From positions 442-64,441 of the forward strand of contig CAMAXN010000004.1 in NCBI GenBank assembly GCA_945862245.1: a stretch of DNA of 64,000 nt, read 5' to 3'. The position numbers were made by a program, and so were the translations under genes. Shown in pieces: positions 37,661 to 47,374 of this stretch (positions are counted from its first letter, which is position 1; the number at the start of each line of letters is the position of its first letter). The notes beneath the pieces were generated by a model. It was not told the origin of the DNA and did not search any database. It was given only the letters and a program-made list of their open reading frames with translations. The stretch comes from Prosthecobacter debontii (lineage in GTDB: Bacteria > Verrucomicrobiota > Verrucomicrobiia > Verrucomicrobiales > Akkermansiaceae).

Positions 37661-38086
37661 TTATTCCTCCATGAACTGGTCGTGGCCTTGTTTTTTGATA
37701 TCGCGCATAGCCTTAATGATATCTGCGACCTTCGTCATGTCGTTGCTAAGGAATGCGAGTTCCATATTGGCGAGGGTGGTGATCAGGGTGCCCATCATCT
37801 TGCGGTATTCTGCAGAGGCCTTCGCTTTCTCTGGTCCGTCAGCCATCGCTTTCACCATTTCTGGCAGTTCGACGATTGCTTTGACTATCGCGTCCTGCGC
37901 CGTCCGAGCTAACTCCGCGCCTTTTGTCGGATCGGTCTCACGGCGCATTGCCTTGTAAGCGTCGTTCATCTCGTCCATCTGCTTGGCGAGTGGGGTATCA
38001 TCGGCCATCGAGGGTTGGACGAATATCATGGTAACGGTGAGTCCGCAGAGGATTTGGAATAATTTCATTGTCACATTATTACTCAT
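37661..38086 (-). CDS. Secreted four-helix-bundle protein resembling cytochrome b562
   Basis: Signal peptide MKLFQILCGLTVTMIFVQPSMA. An N-terminal Met (LAKQMDEMNDAYK) and a C-terminal His (KKQGHDQF) sit at positions analogous to the b562 heme ligands. The start is 38086 or 38068. Confidence 0.45.
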   Translation of the reverse strand: MSNNVTMKLFQILCGLTVTMIFVQPSMADDTPLAKQMDEMNDAYKAMRRETDPTKGAELARTAQDAIVKAIVELPEMVKAMADGPEKAKASAEYRKMMGTLITTLANMELAFLSNDMTKVADIIKAMRDIKKQGHDQFMEE

Positions 38087-38307
38087 GGATCGTAGCAGTT
38101 TTTTCAAGGAAATATTACGAATCGTTGAATGCGGAAAAGAACCTAGAGACAGGGCACGTCCGGTAAGATATTCGCCCTGTAGATTACTAGGTAAAAAATC
38201 ACTTTCGATGTGATCGTCATTCATTTTAACAGTAAAATTTTATCTGATAGTTTCATTTTTTGGGATTCTTTTACTGTGCATAGGTTTAATCAAATGGTCG
38301 TATTAAT

Positions 38308-39498
38308 TTATGATTGCAGATCAATTGTTGGCGAAGGTAGGAGACGTGGACTAGGCGCAGTGTGAGGCAGGTGGATGAAAATATTGGTGCCTTGTTCGGG
38401 ATGGGATTGGATTTCGATTTCGCCACCGTGCTCGCGGATGATGCGGCGGACGATAAGCAGGCCTAGGCCAGTACCGGCGGATTTCGTTGTGCGGTAGGGT
38501 TCGAATAGGCTTCCCATCTGTTCCGGTGGGATGCCTGTGCCGTTGTCGGAAATCGAGATTAGGAACTCCGTGGCGGTGGATCGAGTGAGGATGCCGATGT
38601 GGCCGCCATCGCCCGGGATGGCCTGGTAGGCATTGCGCAGCAGGTTATAGAAAACCTGCTGGAACTGGTCTGGATCGACCCGCGCCGGAAGCATATTTTC
38701 GGAAAGACCGAGATCCACGGTGATGCCGCGCGAGTCGATCTCCGGCTCCAGCAGTTCGAGCGTCTGTTGTAGGATCGCGTTTAGATCCTGAGGCTCTCGG
38801 CGTGGAGTGGTGGGGCGTACGGCGTGGAGAAACTGCTTAAGTATGGTGTCTAGGCGCTGGATTTCCTGACGAGCGGTACCAAGGTGCTCGTTGAGTCCTT
38901 TCCGCTCGCGGGCAGGGAGCTTACGGATTTTCCGCTCAAGAAGCTGGAGGTGGATATCGAGTGAGTTGAGAGGATTGCCGATCTCATGAGCTACTCCAGC
39001 GGCCAGCAGAGTGAGGGCATTGAGGCGCTCTGACTCCAAGGTCTCCTGGGTCTCCGCGTGGCTCGTGGTATTGTCGCGGATTAGCATGACATGACCCAGC
39101 GGTAGCTCGTGGTTTTTGGGATCGTCGATTGGTGAAAGGTAAAAATTGAGTAGGCGATGCTCCGGGTAGAATACCTCGATGTCGCGGGAGAATGTCTGAC
39201 TAGATAAATTAAGTGATAGAGTCTCCAGTCCGCGAATTTTTGAGGATATTTTCACGCCTAGCGAATCCGCTGGTTCCAAGCCGAAGAACTGGCAGGCTGC
39301 CCGGTTCAGAAACATGATTTTTCCGTCTGGATCGAGGATGATAAGCCCCTCCTGCAATGCCTCGAACACATTCTCCAAAAAACCTTTCTCCTGAATCAGC
39401 CGTGTGACAATTTGCTGTATCTCGCCAGGCTCAACGCGGTCGAGGCGCGCTACAAGTTTTTCTAGGAAACCAGATTTCACGGACATAAGAATGGGCAA
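38308..39498 (-). CDS. Soluble PAS-domain sensor histidine kinase (NtrB/AtoS-like)
   Basis: 396 aa. H-box AHEIGNPLNSL, N-box LLRNAYQA, G-boxes DNGTGI and GTGLGL. No TM segment and no adjacent response regulator. Confidence 0.85.
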   Translation of the reverse strand: MPILMSVKSGFLEKLVARLDRVEPGEIQQIVTRLIQEKGFLENVFEALQEGLIILDPDGKIMFLNRAACQFFGLEPADSLGVKISSKIRGLETLSLNLSSQTFSRDIEVFYPEHRLLNFYLSPIDDPKNHELPLGHVMLIRDNTTSHAETQETLESERLNALTLLAAGVAHEIGNPLNSLDIHLQLLERKIRKLPARERKGLNEHLGTARQEIQRLDTILKQFLHAVRPTTPRREPQDLNAILQQTLELLEPEIDSRGITVDLGLSENMLPARVDPDQFQQVFYNLLRNAYQAIPGDGGHIGILTRSTATEFLISISDNGTGIPPEQMGSLFEPYRTTKSAGTGLGLLIVRRIIREHGGEIEIQSHPEQGTNIFIHLPHTAPSPRLLPSPTIDLQS

Positions 39499-39571
39499 CT
39501 CTGAGGGGAAATCCAGTCCCTATTGCTCGATAGTGGCTTGCTGTTTGGCAAAGTATGGCAAATATTGTGTA

Positions 39572-39955
39572 ATGAGATACTTGCTCCTCTCCGTCGCCGT
39601 TATGATTACCATTGTTTCGTCTTCATCTGCCGTTGAATCAGAAATTGTTCCTGTCAGCATTGATCAAGCGGAAAAGGCCTTTGCTGATGGAGCACAGCTC
39701 CTAGATGTTCGCACTAAGGAGGAATGGGACGAGGGACATCTCAAGGGGGCGACGCTAGTAACCGTCACTCAAGAGGGATTCCTAAAAAACGCTAAGGCGA
39801 AGCTAGATCCGAAAAAACCTGTTGTCGTTTATTGCCGGAGCGGTCGAAGGAGCGCCATGGCGACGGAACAACTTAGGACCGCCGGGTTCACCGTGCTCGA
39901 CCTCAATGGAGGGATCATCGCTTGGCAGGCGGCAGGCAAGCCAGTCGTGAAATAA
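39572..39955 (+). CDS. Secreted single-domain rhodanese-like sulfurtransferase
   Basis: Signal peptide MRYLLLSVAVMITIVSSSSA. Active-site loop VVYCRSGRRS. The track start at 39404 overlaps the kinase gene. Confidence 0.8.
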   Translation: MRYLLLSVAVMITIVSSSSAVESEIVPVSIDQAEKAFADGAQLLDVRTKEEWDEGHLKGATLVTVTQEGFLKNAKAKLDPKKPVVVYCRSGRRSAMATEQLRTAGFTVLDLNGGIIAWQAAGKPVVK

Positions 39956-40006
39956 GGCGAGTATTTGCTGCGTGACGAGCAGGATTCGCCAAGTTATTCC
40001 TTCCGC

Positions 40007-40969
40007 ATGGGGTTTCCGAAAACACCGCTGATTATAGGGCAGGGTCTCGCTGGGACATGCCTTGGGTGGGAATTTGTCAGGCGCGGTATTGCTTTCCACA
40101 TTACGGATAGCGGTGAGGGGGGGAGCACCCGGGTAGCGGCGGGGTTGATCAATCCGATCACAGGTAAAAACTTTGAGCCAAGCTGGCGTATTGCAGAATT
40201 TTATCCGAAAGCGATTGGGTTCTACCGCTGGCTGGAGGCGGAGTTAAGCGAGAAGATCTGGCATCCACTTCCCATACTGCGCTTGGCATCCTCCGAAAAA
40301 GAATGGTCAAAAATTTCCGCAAAGCTCGATCTGCCTGAGGTGAGTCAATGGCTGGGGGCTGGTAGTGAAATTACAAATGGATTTCTCTGTGGGGTGGAAT
40401 TACTTGGTGGCGGTTGGCTGGATACGCGAAAATTCCTCGAATTCTCCGCTGCCCGTTTCCACGATCTGGGATTGTGGGCGGACAGTGGAAATACCCGCAT
40501 CCGTTGCGAGGGGGCTGCTGGCCTAATTGCCGGCGGCATGGGCGAGCACCGCTGCGCGAAAGGGGAGATCCTAACTGTTCGCGCCGATTGGAAAGAGTCG
40601 CATATTCGCATCGGTTTTGGCGGTTGGCTTATCCCGATCGGCGGCGGCTGTTTCCGGATCGGTTCCACCTATGATTGGAATCGCCTCGACGAAACGCCGA
40701 CCTCGGTCGGATTAGAACGAATCACAGCTATCGCGACAAGCCTAGGGGGAGGAGATTTCGAAGTGATCGCCCACATTGCAGGAATACGGCCTATTATCCG
40801 TCGTAGTAAGCCTCTGGTCGGGATAGACGGATCGGGGGATTGGGTTTTTAACGGTCTCGGTTCGAAAGGCACGCTTTATGCCCCGGGAATCGCTGAGATG
40901 CTTGCGGACTGGATACTTGACGGCACGTGTCCCTCCCCGGAGTTTGTGTTCCCTAGCCCTTTTTCCTAA
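40007..40969 (+). CDS. FAD-dependent oxidoreductase (DAO family, short form)
   Basis: Dinucleotide fold IIGQGLAGTCLG, plus AAGLINPITG. The start could be 39965. Confidence 0.7.
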   Translation: MGFPKTPLIIGQGLAGTCLGWEFVRRGIAFHITDSGEGGSTRVAAGLINPITGKNFEPSWRIAEFYPKAIGFYRWLEAELSEKIWHPLPILRLASSEKEWSKISAKLDLPEVSQWLGAGSEITNGFLCGVELLGGGWLDTRKFLEFSAARFHDLGLWADSGNTRIRCEGAAGLIAGGMGEHRCAKGEILTVRADWKESHIRIGFGGWLIPIGGGCFRIGSTYDWNRLDETPTSVGLERITAIATSLGGGDFEVIAHIAGIRPIIRRSKPLVGIDGSGDWVFNGLGSKGTLYAPGIAEMLADWILDGTCPSPEFVFPSPFS

Positions 40970-40972
40970 AAT

Positions 40973-41533
40973 ATGTTCCCTCCCCATCCTACGGAATTAC
41001 TGCACGTTCTACTCGAAAGTGAGATCGTAACTGGCGATTTCGCGATCGACGCGACAGCAGGCAACGGGCATGACACCGTTTTTTTGGCTAGGGCTGTCGG
41101 AGCCACTGGTCGGGTAGTGGCCATCGATATTCAGCAGCAAGCACTCGCCTCGACGGCAGTTCGCCTCGAAAGCGAAGGCCTACGTGAGAGGGTGATGCTC
41201 CACTGCGGATGCCATTCAGATCTTGCGGAGATAGCAGGTTCGGATAGGCCTCGTGCCATTGTCTTTAATCTCGGCTATCTGCCGGGCGGTGACCACGACC
41301 TCATCACCCAAACGGAAAATACACTCAAGGCGCTGTCCGCCGCCTCCGATATACTGATGCCGAGAGGTGTACTTGCGGTGGTTTGTTACCCCGGTCACAT
41401 TGGTGGCGATGAGGAAGCGGCAGCGGTAGAGGTTTTCATCACATCCCTCAAGGCGCAGCGCACCGCGCGATATAGTATGATTTTGAGGGATAAAACCACG
41501 CCCTTCCTACTGCTTTCGAAAAAATCGGGTTGA
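40973..41533 (+). CDS. Class I SAM-dependent methyltransferase of the YtqB/MnmM-like (putative rRNA methylase) family
   Basis: 186 aa. SAM motif AIDATAGNGHDTVFLA, plus NLGYLPGGDH. Confidence 0.6.
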   Translation: MFPPHPTELLHVLLESEIVTGDFAIDATAGNGHDTVFLARAVGATGRVVAIDIQQQALASTAVRLESEGLRERVMLHCGCHSDLAEIAGSDRPRAIVFNLGYLPGGDHDLITQTENTLKALSAASDILMPRGVLAVVCYPGHIGGDEEAAAVEVFITSLKAQRTARYSMILRDKTTPFLLLSKKSG

Positions 41534-41601
41534 AGTTTGGAGTGATCTTCAAACTTGCCGATGCGCCAATATCCCTCTAATTACTCATTAGCACTAAGTA
41601 T

Positions 41602-42372
41602 ATGAAACAATTTTTAATCCCCTGCCTACTTCTTCTCAGCCCGCTTCACGCTCAAGAAAAGATAGCTGCGACTGATGAAGATAATTCCCCGGGCCAATCA
41701 GACTTGCAGACCAACCAGAAGGATTTCCCGAATCTCTCGGAGGAAGACCGGACAAAATTTACCGAACATTTAAGCGAAGCTAGCCGACTGTTCCAACAGA
41801 AGCGCATCTTTGAATGCCTAGATGAAATCAGCGATGCGGAAGCGATTTTCTCGCAGAGCGCTGAACTCCTTAATCTAAGAGGTTCGTGCTACGTGGAAAT
41901 GCGCGCTTTTGACAAGGCGATGGTTGCACTTAGCGAGGCACTGAAGATTAGTCCAAATAACGACAGTATCCAATTCAATATTGGGGAAGTATATTTTGTG
42001 ACTAAGGAGTGGCAGAAGGCACACGATATCTTCAAAGAGATTCTTCCCAAGATTCCCACAAACAATATCTCTCTGTCGCGCTTCGTTGAGTTTAAAATCT
42101 TTCTCTGCAAGTTGAAACTCAACCAAAATGATGAGATCACCATTCTCGCCCAGAAATATGACTTTCTAGACGATTCTCCTTATCATTACTTCGCGCAGGC
42201 CACGCTGGCTTATGAGAAAAAAAATATTGTAGAAGCCGAGGAGTGGTTGGGTCGCGCCAGCCGCATTTTTCAAGACCCCAGAATCATAGCACCTTGGCGA
42301 GACACCTTTGTAGAATTTGGATACATCGATGGCTTTTACGGCGGAGAGGAAGCGGCTACCACAAAAAATTAG
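41602..42372 (+). CDS. Secreted TPR-repeat protein
   Basis: 256 aa. Signal peptide, TPR-like repeats (LNLRGSCYVEMRAFDKAMVALSEALKISPNN), and an A/T-rich gene. Confidence 0.65.
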   Translation: MKQFLIPCLLLLSPLHAQEKIAATDEDNSPGQSDLQTNQKDFPNLSEEDRTKFTEHLSEASRLFQQKRIFECLDEISDAEAIFSQSAELLNLRGSCYVEMRAFDKAMVALSEALKISPNNDSIQFNIGEVYFVTKEWQKAHDIFKEILPKIPTNNISLSRFVEFKIFLCKLKLNQNDEITILAQKYDFLDDSPYHYFAQATLAYEKKNIVEAEEWLGRASRIFQDPRIIAPWRDTFVEFGYIDGFYGGEEAATTKN

Positions 42373-43397
42373 ATGTTAAGTTCCGCGACCATTGCGTGAA
42401 AAGCTGCGGAAACCTTGTTTTGCGCTGGGGATAGGAGCGCAACGGGTCTCCCTTCATCGCCGCACCTTCCGGTCGGAAGGTCAATGGGGATCTGTGCGAG
42501 CAGAGGAACATTCATACCCTCTGCCTCTCGAACGCCTCCGCCTTCGCCGAAGATGTGGTATTTCTTACCGTCATCACCTTCAAACCAAGCCATGTTCTCG
42601 ATTAGGCCTAGGATAGGAACATTCACTTTGGCAAACATCGCTACAGCCTTGCGGGCATCGATCAACGCCACTTCCTGTGGAGTGGTCACGATCACCGCAC
42701 CATCCACCGCAACGGTCTGCACGATAGTGAGTTGGATATCACCGGTGCCGGGAGGTAGATCCAGCACTAGCACGTCGAGTTCGCCCCACGCGACCTGACG
42801 GAGGAATTGCTGCGTATAGCGTGTCGCCATTGGACCGCGCACGATTACAGGGGACTTATCCTCTAGCAGAAAACCCATGGACATCAGTTTCAGTCCGTGA
42901 GCCTCGATGGGGATGATCTCGTCATGTTCGTTCGCGTTTGGACGCTCGTTCGTGCCGAACATCTGTGCTACGGATGGCCCGTAGAGATCACAATCGCATA
43001 GCCCCACCTTTAAACCACTTACCGCGAGTGCGACGGCGAGGTTCGCCGCGACCGTAGATTTTCCAACCCCGCCTTTTCCCGACGCCACGGCGATGATGCG
43101 TTTCACACCGGGGATGGAGCTTTTCCCGATTGCTCCACCTGCCGCCTCTGGGGCGTCCTTGACCTCGATATCGACCTTCACATGGTCAATCCCCTCAATC
43201 CTTTCCAATATACCATGAACATTCTTAAAAATTGTTTGTGGTATTTGCGCGTCCTTAGTCGCCACCTCAATACGCACAGTCACATCTCCGCTTGTAACTT
43301 CCACTGTCTTCACTAAGCCGAAGGATACGATATCCCGGGAAAATCCCGGGTACTTCACTTGCTTTAGTAACTCCCTGATTTCGTCTGCATTTATCAT
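42369..43397 (-). CDS. apbC: Mrp/NBP35 (ApbC) family Fe-S cluster carrier ATPase
   Basis: N-terminal DUF59-like domain, deviant Walker A ASGKGGVGKST, and CDCDLYGPS. Start ATG at 43397 (MINADEIRELL). Confidence 0.85.
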   Translation of the reverse strand: MINADEIRELLKQVKYPGFSRDIVSFGLVKTVEVTSGDVTVRIEVATKDAQIPQTIFKNVHGILERIEGIDHVKVDIEVKDAPEAAGGAIGKSSIPGVKRIIAVASGKGGVGKSTVAANLAVALAVSGLKVGLCDCDLYGPSVAQMFGTNERPNANEHDEIIPIEAHGLKLMSMGFLLEDKSPVIVRGPMATRYTQQFLRQVAWGELDVLVLDLPPGTGDIQLTIVQTVAVDGAVIVTTPQEVALIDARKAVAMFAKVNVPILGLIENMAWFEGDDGKKYHIFGEGGGVREAEGMNVPLLAQIPIDLPTGRCGDEGRPVALLSPAQNKVSAAFHAMVAELNI

Positions 43398-43491
43398 GTC
43401 GGCGTCACTCTCCTTGTTTTCAATCCCTGCGCAACCCAATACCTGCAATACACGGTAGACATTTTGCCGACATCACCCAAGCCTATCAGCC

Positions 43492-44451
43492 TTGTCAGCG
43501 CCCTCGCCTATCATAATTATCCTTGCCGTGATGCCGGTCTATTTGCTGATGGCTGGAGGTGCCTTGCTTAGGAAAGCTAATATACTCAAGCGCGAGCATG
43601 ACATCGGCGTGATGCAGATGATTTTCTCGGTGATGTTACCCTGCTACATCCTAGATCGTACATTGGGCGCGGAGGTATTGCATGATATCCGCACTGTGGT
43701 CACGGGAGCGGGTTTGGGCTTTTTTATTATTATCGTAGGTATCGCCCTCGGTTATCTTGCTGGGAAACTCATCGGTCTCGAACGTGGCCAAGGCAGGCGC
43801 ACTTTCGCAGTCGCATCGGGTTGCCAGAATTTTGGATTCACCGCCGTGCCTGTTGTGGAAATCCTTTGGGGTGGCTCTGCCGTCGCGCTACTATTTGTCC
43901 ATAATCTTGGAGTTGAGGTCGCAATGTGGTCTGTCGGTGTGATGCTTGTTTCTGGTAGTAATGGTATCCCTTGGAGGTGCCTCATCAATGGCCCCATTAT
44001 CGCCGTTGCTATCAGCCTTGCTCTCGTTTCTTTGCAAATAGATGACCAGATGACAGGCTCTGTCCGCGATTCAATTTCGATGATCGGAATTGGCGCGTTT
44101 CCCCTTGCGATTATGATGACCGGCGCGATGATAATGGATCTCGCAGTAGCGGAAAAGCCGTCTTTGAAGATCGTTGTTGCCTCTTGTGTTGTGCGCCTTG
44201 CTTTGGCTCCTGCGTTAATTATCCTTAGCGCTAGGTTCATTCCCATGGCATTAGAGTTGAAGCAAATTCTTGTTGTGCAGGCGGCTATGCCCGCCGCTCT
44301 AGGACCCATCCTCCTCGCACGCATGTATCAAGGACGCCCCGCCGTCGCGGTGCAGGTGGTCGTTGCCACGACAGTCGTCTCGATTTTCACCCTACCCTAC
44401 ATCATCACCTATGGCATCCGCTACCTAGAGTTGACGCCGCTTTCCCCGTGA
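43492..44451 (+). CDS. AEC (auxin efflux carrier) family transporter
   Basis: 319 aa and about 10 TM. TTG start, with a possible downstream ATG (MPVYLLMAGG). Confidence 0.7.
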   Translation: MSAPSPIIIILAVMPVYLLMAGGALLRKANILKREHDIGVMQMIFSVMLPCYILDRTLGAEVLHDIRTVVTGAGLGFFIIIVGIALGYLAGKLIGLERGQGRRTFAVASGCQNFGFTAVPVVEILWGGSAVALLFVHNLGVEVAMWSVGVMLVSGSNGIPWRCLINGPIIAVAISLALVSLQIDDQMTGSVRDSISMIGIGAFPLAIMMTGAMIMDLAVAEKPSLKIVVASCVVRLALAPALIILSARFIPMALELKQILVVQAAMPAALGPILLARMYQGRPAVAVQVVVATTVVSIFTLPYIITYGIRYLELTPLSP

Positions 44452-44452
44452 C

Positions 44453-47188
44453 ATGTCCGAGTCCGTGTCCATCAAACCCTTTTCTCTCCAACTTGCTGTT
44501 GAGGAACAACTCTCGCCCGACGAGCGAGTTACTCTATGTATTGGTTTTATCAAAACTGAGCAGGAAAGTATCCGCATCCGTCATGACAATGGCGCGGGCG
44601 GCATCGAGATATGCCAAGCCCGATCCCAAATGATCGATACCCTGATCTCTACCATTCTCCTGGCCACCATGAAGTCGCAGGGTCTGGCGGCATCGCCTAT
44701 CGCCCTTGTCGCCGTCGGTGGGTACGGGCGCAGAACACTCAACCCGGGCTCCGACATTGATATCCTTTTTCTCCTCCCGCGCACCTCGTCCAAGCTCCCA
44801 AAAAATATCCAGGAACTTGTTCAGAGTATACTCTATCCCTTGTGGGATATGGGTTTTAAGGTCGGCCACTCTTGCCGCTCTATCGCTGAGTGCATCCAGG
44901 AAGCACGCTCTGATCCACAGAATCTGACCGCATTGCTGGACAGTCGATTACTCGCTGGGAACGATGGATTATTTGAGGATCTACTCGCTGCTTTCGAAAA
45001 AAACTGCGTCGTGAAAGGCCAAGACGCATTCTTCGAGATGCGCCGCAAGGATCTCCGCTCCCGACACCAAAAAAGCTCTTACACCGTTTTCCTCCAGGAA
45101 CCGAACGTGAAAGAATCCTGCGGTGGGCTACGTGATTACCAGAACATGCTTTGGGTCGCTCGTGTCAAAGCTGGCGCTAGAGATCTACGGAAACTCGTCG
45201 ATGACCGCCTTATCACCGCCAGCACTCTGCGTGAAATCGAGGAGGCGCACGATTTCCTTATGCGCGTCCGCAACGAGCAGCATTACCAAACCGGCAAGGC
45301 TACTGACATCCTAACCCTTCAACTCCAAGGCGTTATCGCCACTGCTTTCGGCTACCCGCAGCGCAGCATCCTGCGCCGTACCGAGGCCTTCATGCGGGAT
45401 TACTACACTCATACCCGCCACATCTATCGCCACGCCACCTCTTTGATGGAACACTTCCAGATCCAGAAGGAGGCCGACGCCGAGACAGGCTTTCGCTCTT
45501 TCCTCACCTTCCGGAAAAAAAAGCGTGAGGAATTCGACGGCTTCATCGCCCGCGATGGAAGGATCTACCCCGATAATAACGATATCTTCAGGGAAGACAT
45601 CCACCGGCTCATGCGCCTCTTCCAGCACTGCCAGGTGCGTAATCTCCGGCTCTCCCCGCCGATGCGCCGCCTCATCGCCAGCCATTGGGAGGACATCGAT
45701 CGCACTTTTCGCTACCACAAAGCGAATCGTGAGACTTTCCAAGCCATTCTCGAGCGTAAGGGTGAGGTTGCCGATACCCTGCGCCAAATGCACCGTATTG
45801 GCTTTCTCGGTCGATATCTACCGGAATTCGGTGCGCTCGATTGTCTCGTCCAGCATGAGTTCTTTCATCGTTATACCGCCGACGAGCATACCCTGCGTTG
45901 CATCGATGAACTCGATAAGCTTGTTGGTGACACCAACCCGAAGCTGGAAATCTTCCGTCGCCTATTCCACGAGATTGTCGATCCCTACGCCCTCTACATC
46001 GCCCTCATCCTGCATGATACCGGGCGCTCGGAAAACATCCGCGAGCACATCGACGGCTCCGCAATGCTCGCCATCAAGCTCTGCTCCCGCCTCCAAATCA
46101 CCGGCCAACGCCGCGCCAGAATCATGTTCCTCGTAGACAACCACCTCATGTTCTGGCGCACCGCCACCACGCGGAATCTGGAGGATCCTGAGGTTATCGC
46201 CGAGTTTGCTGTGATCATGAAGACCCCCGAAAACCTCGACGCTCTTCTGCTTTTCACCTACTGCGATACCAACGGTACCGCCCCCGACGCATGGAACGGC
46301 TGGAAGGAATCCCTCATGCTCCATCTCCACACAGCTACCCGCCGCTTTCTCGCGGAGGGCAGGGAAGGTTTCACACGTAAGCTCGATGACGATCGCCTCG
46401 CGCTCCGCGCAGAGGTAATCTCCCTCATGCCTGAGGATTTCTGCGTGGAGATCCGGCATCATTTCGACCGTACGCCCGCGCCCGCCTTCGCCTACCGCGA
46501 GGCGGCATTCATTGCCGCTCAGGTCAAGGCTGTGCGAAGATTCAGCGAAGAGGAAAACAGCGGTAACTCGAACGCCTTCTCGGTGCGCTGGCTCGATCAT
46601 CCGGACAAAGGCTACTCGGAGCTGATCCTTGCCACCCGCGACAGGCCGCTGCATCTTGAAAAGCTCTGCTGTGCGCTCGCCTCTGAGCAGATCAACATCC
46701 TGTCCGCCGATCTCTTCACCCGCACCGACGGCATCGTGCTGAACATCTTCCGTGTCTGCACCACGAACTTCGAGCCCGTCACCAGCGACTCCACTCGCAA
46801 GCGTTTTCTCGCCACTTTCACCACCATCCTTAATGCAGGCCAGTACGATTCAGAAACCTATCTGAGACGAAAAGTGAACTTTCTGAAGCCTCGCACCGAA
46901 ACCGGACTCTCCGTCCCTGTACGGGCCCAGGTTTCCAACGATCTCCATCCCATCTGCACCACCGTCGAGATTCAGGCTCTGGATCGCATCGGCCTGCTTC
47001 ACGACCTTTTCCACACGGTTAATGAAGCCGGGCTAGACACCACGCATGCCCGCATTTGCACTGAGAAAGGCGTCGCCATGGATACCCTTTACATCACCAT
47101 ACCAGGCGGCGGCAAAGTCACAGGCGAAGCGCAACTCCTTGCGCTTGAGAAAAAATTTAACAGCCTCGTTGCTCGCGCAGAGGCGTGA
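44453..47188 (+). CDS. glnD: [Protein-PII] uridylyltransferase/uridylyl-removing enzyme
   Basis: 911 aa. NTase GGYGRRTLNPGSDIDILFL, HD domain LILHDTGRS, and two C-terminal ACT-like domains. Confidence 0.88.
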   Translation: MSESVSIKPFSLQLAVEEQLSPDERVTLCIGFIKTEQESIRIRHDNGAGGIEICQARSQMIDTLISTILLATMKSQGLAASPIALVAVGGYGRRTLNPGSDIDILFLLPRTSSKLPKNIQELVQSILYPLWDMGFKVGHSCRSIAECIQEARSDPQNLTALLDSRLLAGNDGLFEDLLAAFEKNCVVKGQDAFFEMRRKDLRSRHQKSSYTVFLQEPNVKESCGGLRDYQNMLWVARVKAGARDLRKLVDDRLITASTLREIEEAHDFLMRVRNEQHYQTGKATDILTLQLQGVIATAFGYPQRSILRRTEAFMRDYYTHTRHIYRHATSLMEHFQIQKEADAETGFRSFLTFRKKKREEFDGFIARDGRIYPDNNDIFREDIHRLMRLFQHCQVRNLRLSPPMRRLIASHWEDIDRTFRYHKANRETFQAILERKGEVADTLRQMHRIGFLGRYLPEFGALDCLVQHEFFHRYTADEHTLRCIDELDKLVGDTNPKLEIFRRLFHEIVDPYALYIALILHDTGRSENIREHIDGSAMLAIKLCSRLQITGQRRARIMFLVDNHLMFWRTATTRNLEDPEVIAEFAVIMKTPENLDALLLFTYCDTNGTAPDAWNGWKESLMLHLHTATRRFLAEGREGFTRKLDDDRLALRAEVISLMPEDFCVEIRHHFDRTPAPAFAYREAAFIAAQVKAVRRFSEEENSGNSNAFSVRWLDHPDKGYSELILATRDRPLHLEKLCCALASEQINILSADLFTRTDGIVLNIFRVCTTNFEPVTSDSTRKRFLATFTTILNAGQYDSETYLRRKVNFLKPRTETGLSVPVRAQVSNDLHPICTTVEIQALDRIGLLHDLFHTVNEAGLDTTHARICTEKGVAMDTLYITIPGGGKVTGEAQLLALEKKFNSLVARAEA

Positions 47189-47374
47189 TCCCTTAGCCTA
47201 TCTCCTCCAGGACCGCACGTATGGATTCATACGGCATCTCGTTCAAGTTTGATAGCTGTGGATATTGTACAGTGTGCTTTTATTTGGATATATCTCAGTC
47301 AATGATGGGCTTTAGAAAAAGAAGGTCGTTGACGGTGTATTTTTTTGCGCGGACCGAGCATCGCAGCAGGATTA

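Noticed and set aside
42369-42372. Convergent TPR and apbC-like genes overlap by their stop codons (TTAG)
   Set aside because: This is a trivial consequence of compact gene packing, and no additional structure was seen.
45962-46654. 230-aa minus-strand ORF inside glnD
   Set aside because: It is a shadow ORF. The plus-strand GlnD reading frame is continuous and motif-rich.
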